Source: Lepidodermella squamata (Eukaryota > Animalia > Gastrotricha). Taken from it: 64,000 nt of DNA. The stretch is from positions 1,426,001 through 1,490,000 of the forward strand of contig JBLDXI010000046.1 of the NCBI GenBank assembly GCA_047495785.1, written 5' to 3'. A program made the position numbers and the translations under genes. Numbering within the stretch: position 1 is the stretch's first letter; every line of letters starts with the position of its first letter. The notes beneath the pieces are model-generated. The model was not told the DNA's origin. It was given only the letters and a program-made list of their open reading frames with translations, and ran no database searches. Below are positions 62,101-64,000 of this stretch, piece after piece.

Positions 62101-63821
62101 TTTTAAATTCGAATTCAATTTTTTTAAATCCAAAACTTGAAACATTTTTGAATTGACGACTTTATTCGCAGGTTTCGATGATTCGCGACATCCGCGAGCG
62201 AGAAATTCGAATTTACACCGACGCTGGTCGTATTTCGCGGCCACTTCTCATCGCTCAAAACCAGCGATTACTGCTGAAACGGCACCACGTTCAAGACCTG
62301 AAAATGCGCAGCCGGACGAATTTTGGCTGGCAAGAACTGCTGCAATCAGGCGTGGTCGAGTACATTGACTGCATGGAAGAAGAGACCATCATGTGCGCTA
62401 TGACGCCCGAAGACTTACTCCCAGACGGCGTCTACTGCTCGTCGTACACGCACTGCGAAATCCACCCGTCGATGATTTTGGGCGTCTGCGCGTCGATCAT
62501 TCCGTTTCCCGATCACAACCAGTCTCCGCGTAACACCTACCAGTCTGCTATGGGTAAACAGGCCCTTGGGGTCTACGTCACAAATTTCCACGTTCGCATG
62601 GACACGCTTGCCCATGTGCTGTACTACCCTCAGAAGCCTCTGGCCACCACTCGAGCTATGGAATATTTGCGTTTCGCCGAGTTGCCGGCTGGTATCAATG
62701 CCATTGCAGCTATTGCTTCATACACAGGCAAGTTATTTAGTTTCGGCCCAAAATTAAGTTTACAGCGCCCAGTTAGAGGCTAAAGCAAACTAAATTACGA
62801 TTTGTTGACCCCAACTCGTAGTCGACTAGGCAGCAGAGGAGGTAGACCCTAGCACTACTGAAGTGTAAATCTGCTCCAGTGTCAGCTCCCGTTAGAGAAG
62901 TACTAAACATACGGCATCAGATCCGAATTTGTTTTCTGATATTTCTCTTTGCAAATCGTATATTTCGAGTTGAGCAACTATGTAATTGAATTTGTTTTTC
63001 TCGTCTTAGGCTACAACCAAGAAGATTCAGTCATTTTGAACGAATCAGCCGTTGATCGAGGCCTCTTCCGAACCTTTTTCTTGCGTTCTTTCAACGAAGC
63101 TGAAGCGTCTGTCGGCCTCGAGCAAGAAGAGCGCATCGAACGCCCGACTCGAAACGACACTCTGGGCATGAAAAATTCGTGCTACGACAAGTTGGAAGAA
63201 GACGGTATTGTCGCACCAGGCACTCGTGTTTCCGGCGATGACGTGCTTATCGGCAAAACCGTGACTCTACCGCCGGCTAACGATATGGGCGGAGTCGAAA
63301 ACACAATCGCTAAAAAATTCACGAAACGTGACGCGTCTGTCTACATGAAACACAGCGAGACTGGCATTGTCGACCAAGTCCTGATGACGATCAATTCCGA
63401 CGGTTTCCGTTTCGTGAAAGTCCGCGTTCGATCGGTTCGAATTCCGCAAATCGGCGACAAATTTGCGTCTCGCCACGGTCAAAAAGGTACGTGCGGCATG
63501 CGGTACCGCCAGGAAGACATGCCGTTCTCAGCCGAGGGCATTGCGCCCGATATCATCGTCAACCCTCACGCTATCCCGTCTCGCATGACAGTCGGGCATT
63601 TGATCGAGTGCCTGCAGTCGAAGGTTGCGTCGATGAAGGGCGAAATGGGCGATGCGACGCCGTTCAACGATACGGTCAACGTACAAAAAATCAGCAATCT
63701 ACTGCACGATTTCGGCTATCAGTGCCGCGGCAACGAGGTTCTGATGAACGGCTTCACTGGGCGCAAGTTGAATGTTCAAATCTACCTGGGTCCGACCTAT
63801 TACCAGCGTCTGCGTCACATG
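59158..63821 (+). CDS. POLR2B: RNA polymerase II second-largest subunit, 3'-partial (exons 59158-59402, 59517-60645, 61593-62018, 62172-62727, 63010-63821; continues beyond the window)
   Basis: [69 protein letters not shown] and [11 protein letters not shown]. Confidence 0.98.
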
Positions 63822-64000
63822 GTAAGTGCTTTTTGAGTGTTTCAATTTCATCGCGGGCGTAATTTCGTACGTACCCACAATTACAGTAGCAGAAGCATGG
63901 AATAGAATTAAAGTTTACTATCGAAATTTTTGCTTTAAGCGAGCAATATGTATCTGAAGTTGTCTACACTTGTTAGAACCGTGATGACGATTAAGAGTGA

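Noticed and set aside
657-63862. Numerous 60-190-aa antisense or alternative-frame ORFs over real genes
   Set aside because: Shadow ORFs arising from codon bias, with no motifs or splice support.
1-64000. CRISPR arrays, rRNA, tRNA, SL RNA gene
   Set aside because: No repeat-spacer array or recognisable structural RNA seen. An SL RNA gene could not be identified by eye in this window.

Overview
Gene-dense eukaryotic (metazoan, invertebrate-type) genomic DNA. It uses the standard genetic code, most introns are about 50-60 nt, and CpG is not visibly depleted. I cannot identify the species from the sequence alone. I reconstructed about 21 spliced genes by hand from splice sites and reading phase. 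In window order they are: brat/ncl-1 NHL (5'-partial), ZCCHC10, UQCRQ, PUSL1, EIF4G2/DAP5-like, AGK, a GABA-B-like class C GPCR, two tandem membrane C-type lectins, a stand-alone TIR protein, a MITE-disrupted Cys-loop channel, a 3-Kunitz protein, an orphan, an ankyrin-repeat protein, a divergent FGF, MICU2/3, a single-pass Cys-loop-LBD protein, a GT10 fucosyltransferase, MOV10L1/Armitage, SSADH, CHERP and RPB2 (3'-partial). Two MITEs, a dispersed repeat, and Tc1/mariner, copia, Crypton-like and LINE remnants are also present. The strongest system-level signal is a set of same-strand gene runs spaced only 31-285 nt apart, each with an apparently unpaired 3' splice acceptor just before the downstream ATG. 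This suggests operons resolved by spliced-leader trans-splicing (an inference that needs RNA data). Other highlights are three GC-AG introns, an AGK with a degenerate kinase motif, a stand-alone TIR that keeps the catalytic Glu, triple Pumilio elements in the brat 3' UTR, an SSADH without a mitochondrial presequence and a CHERP without a G-patch. Family assignments come from my recall of motifs, not from database searches.
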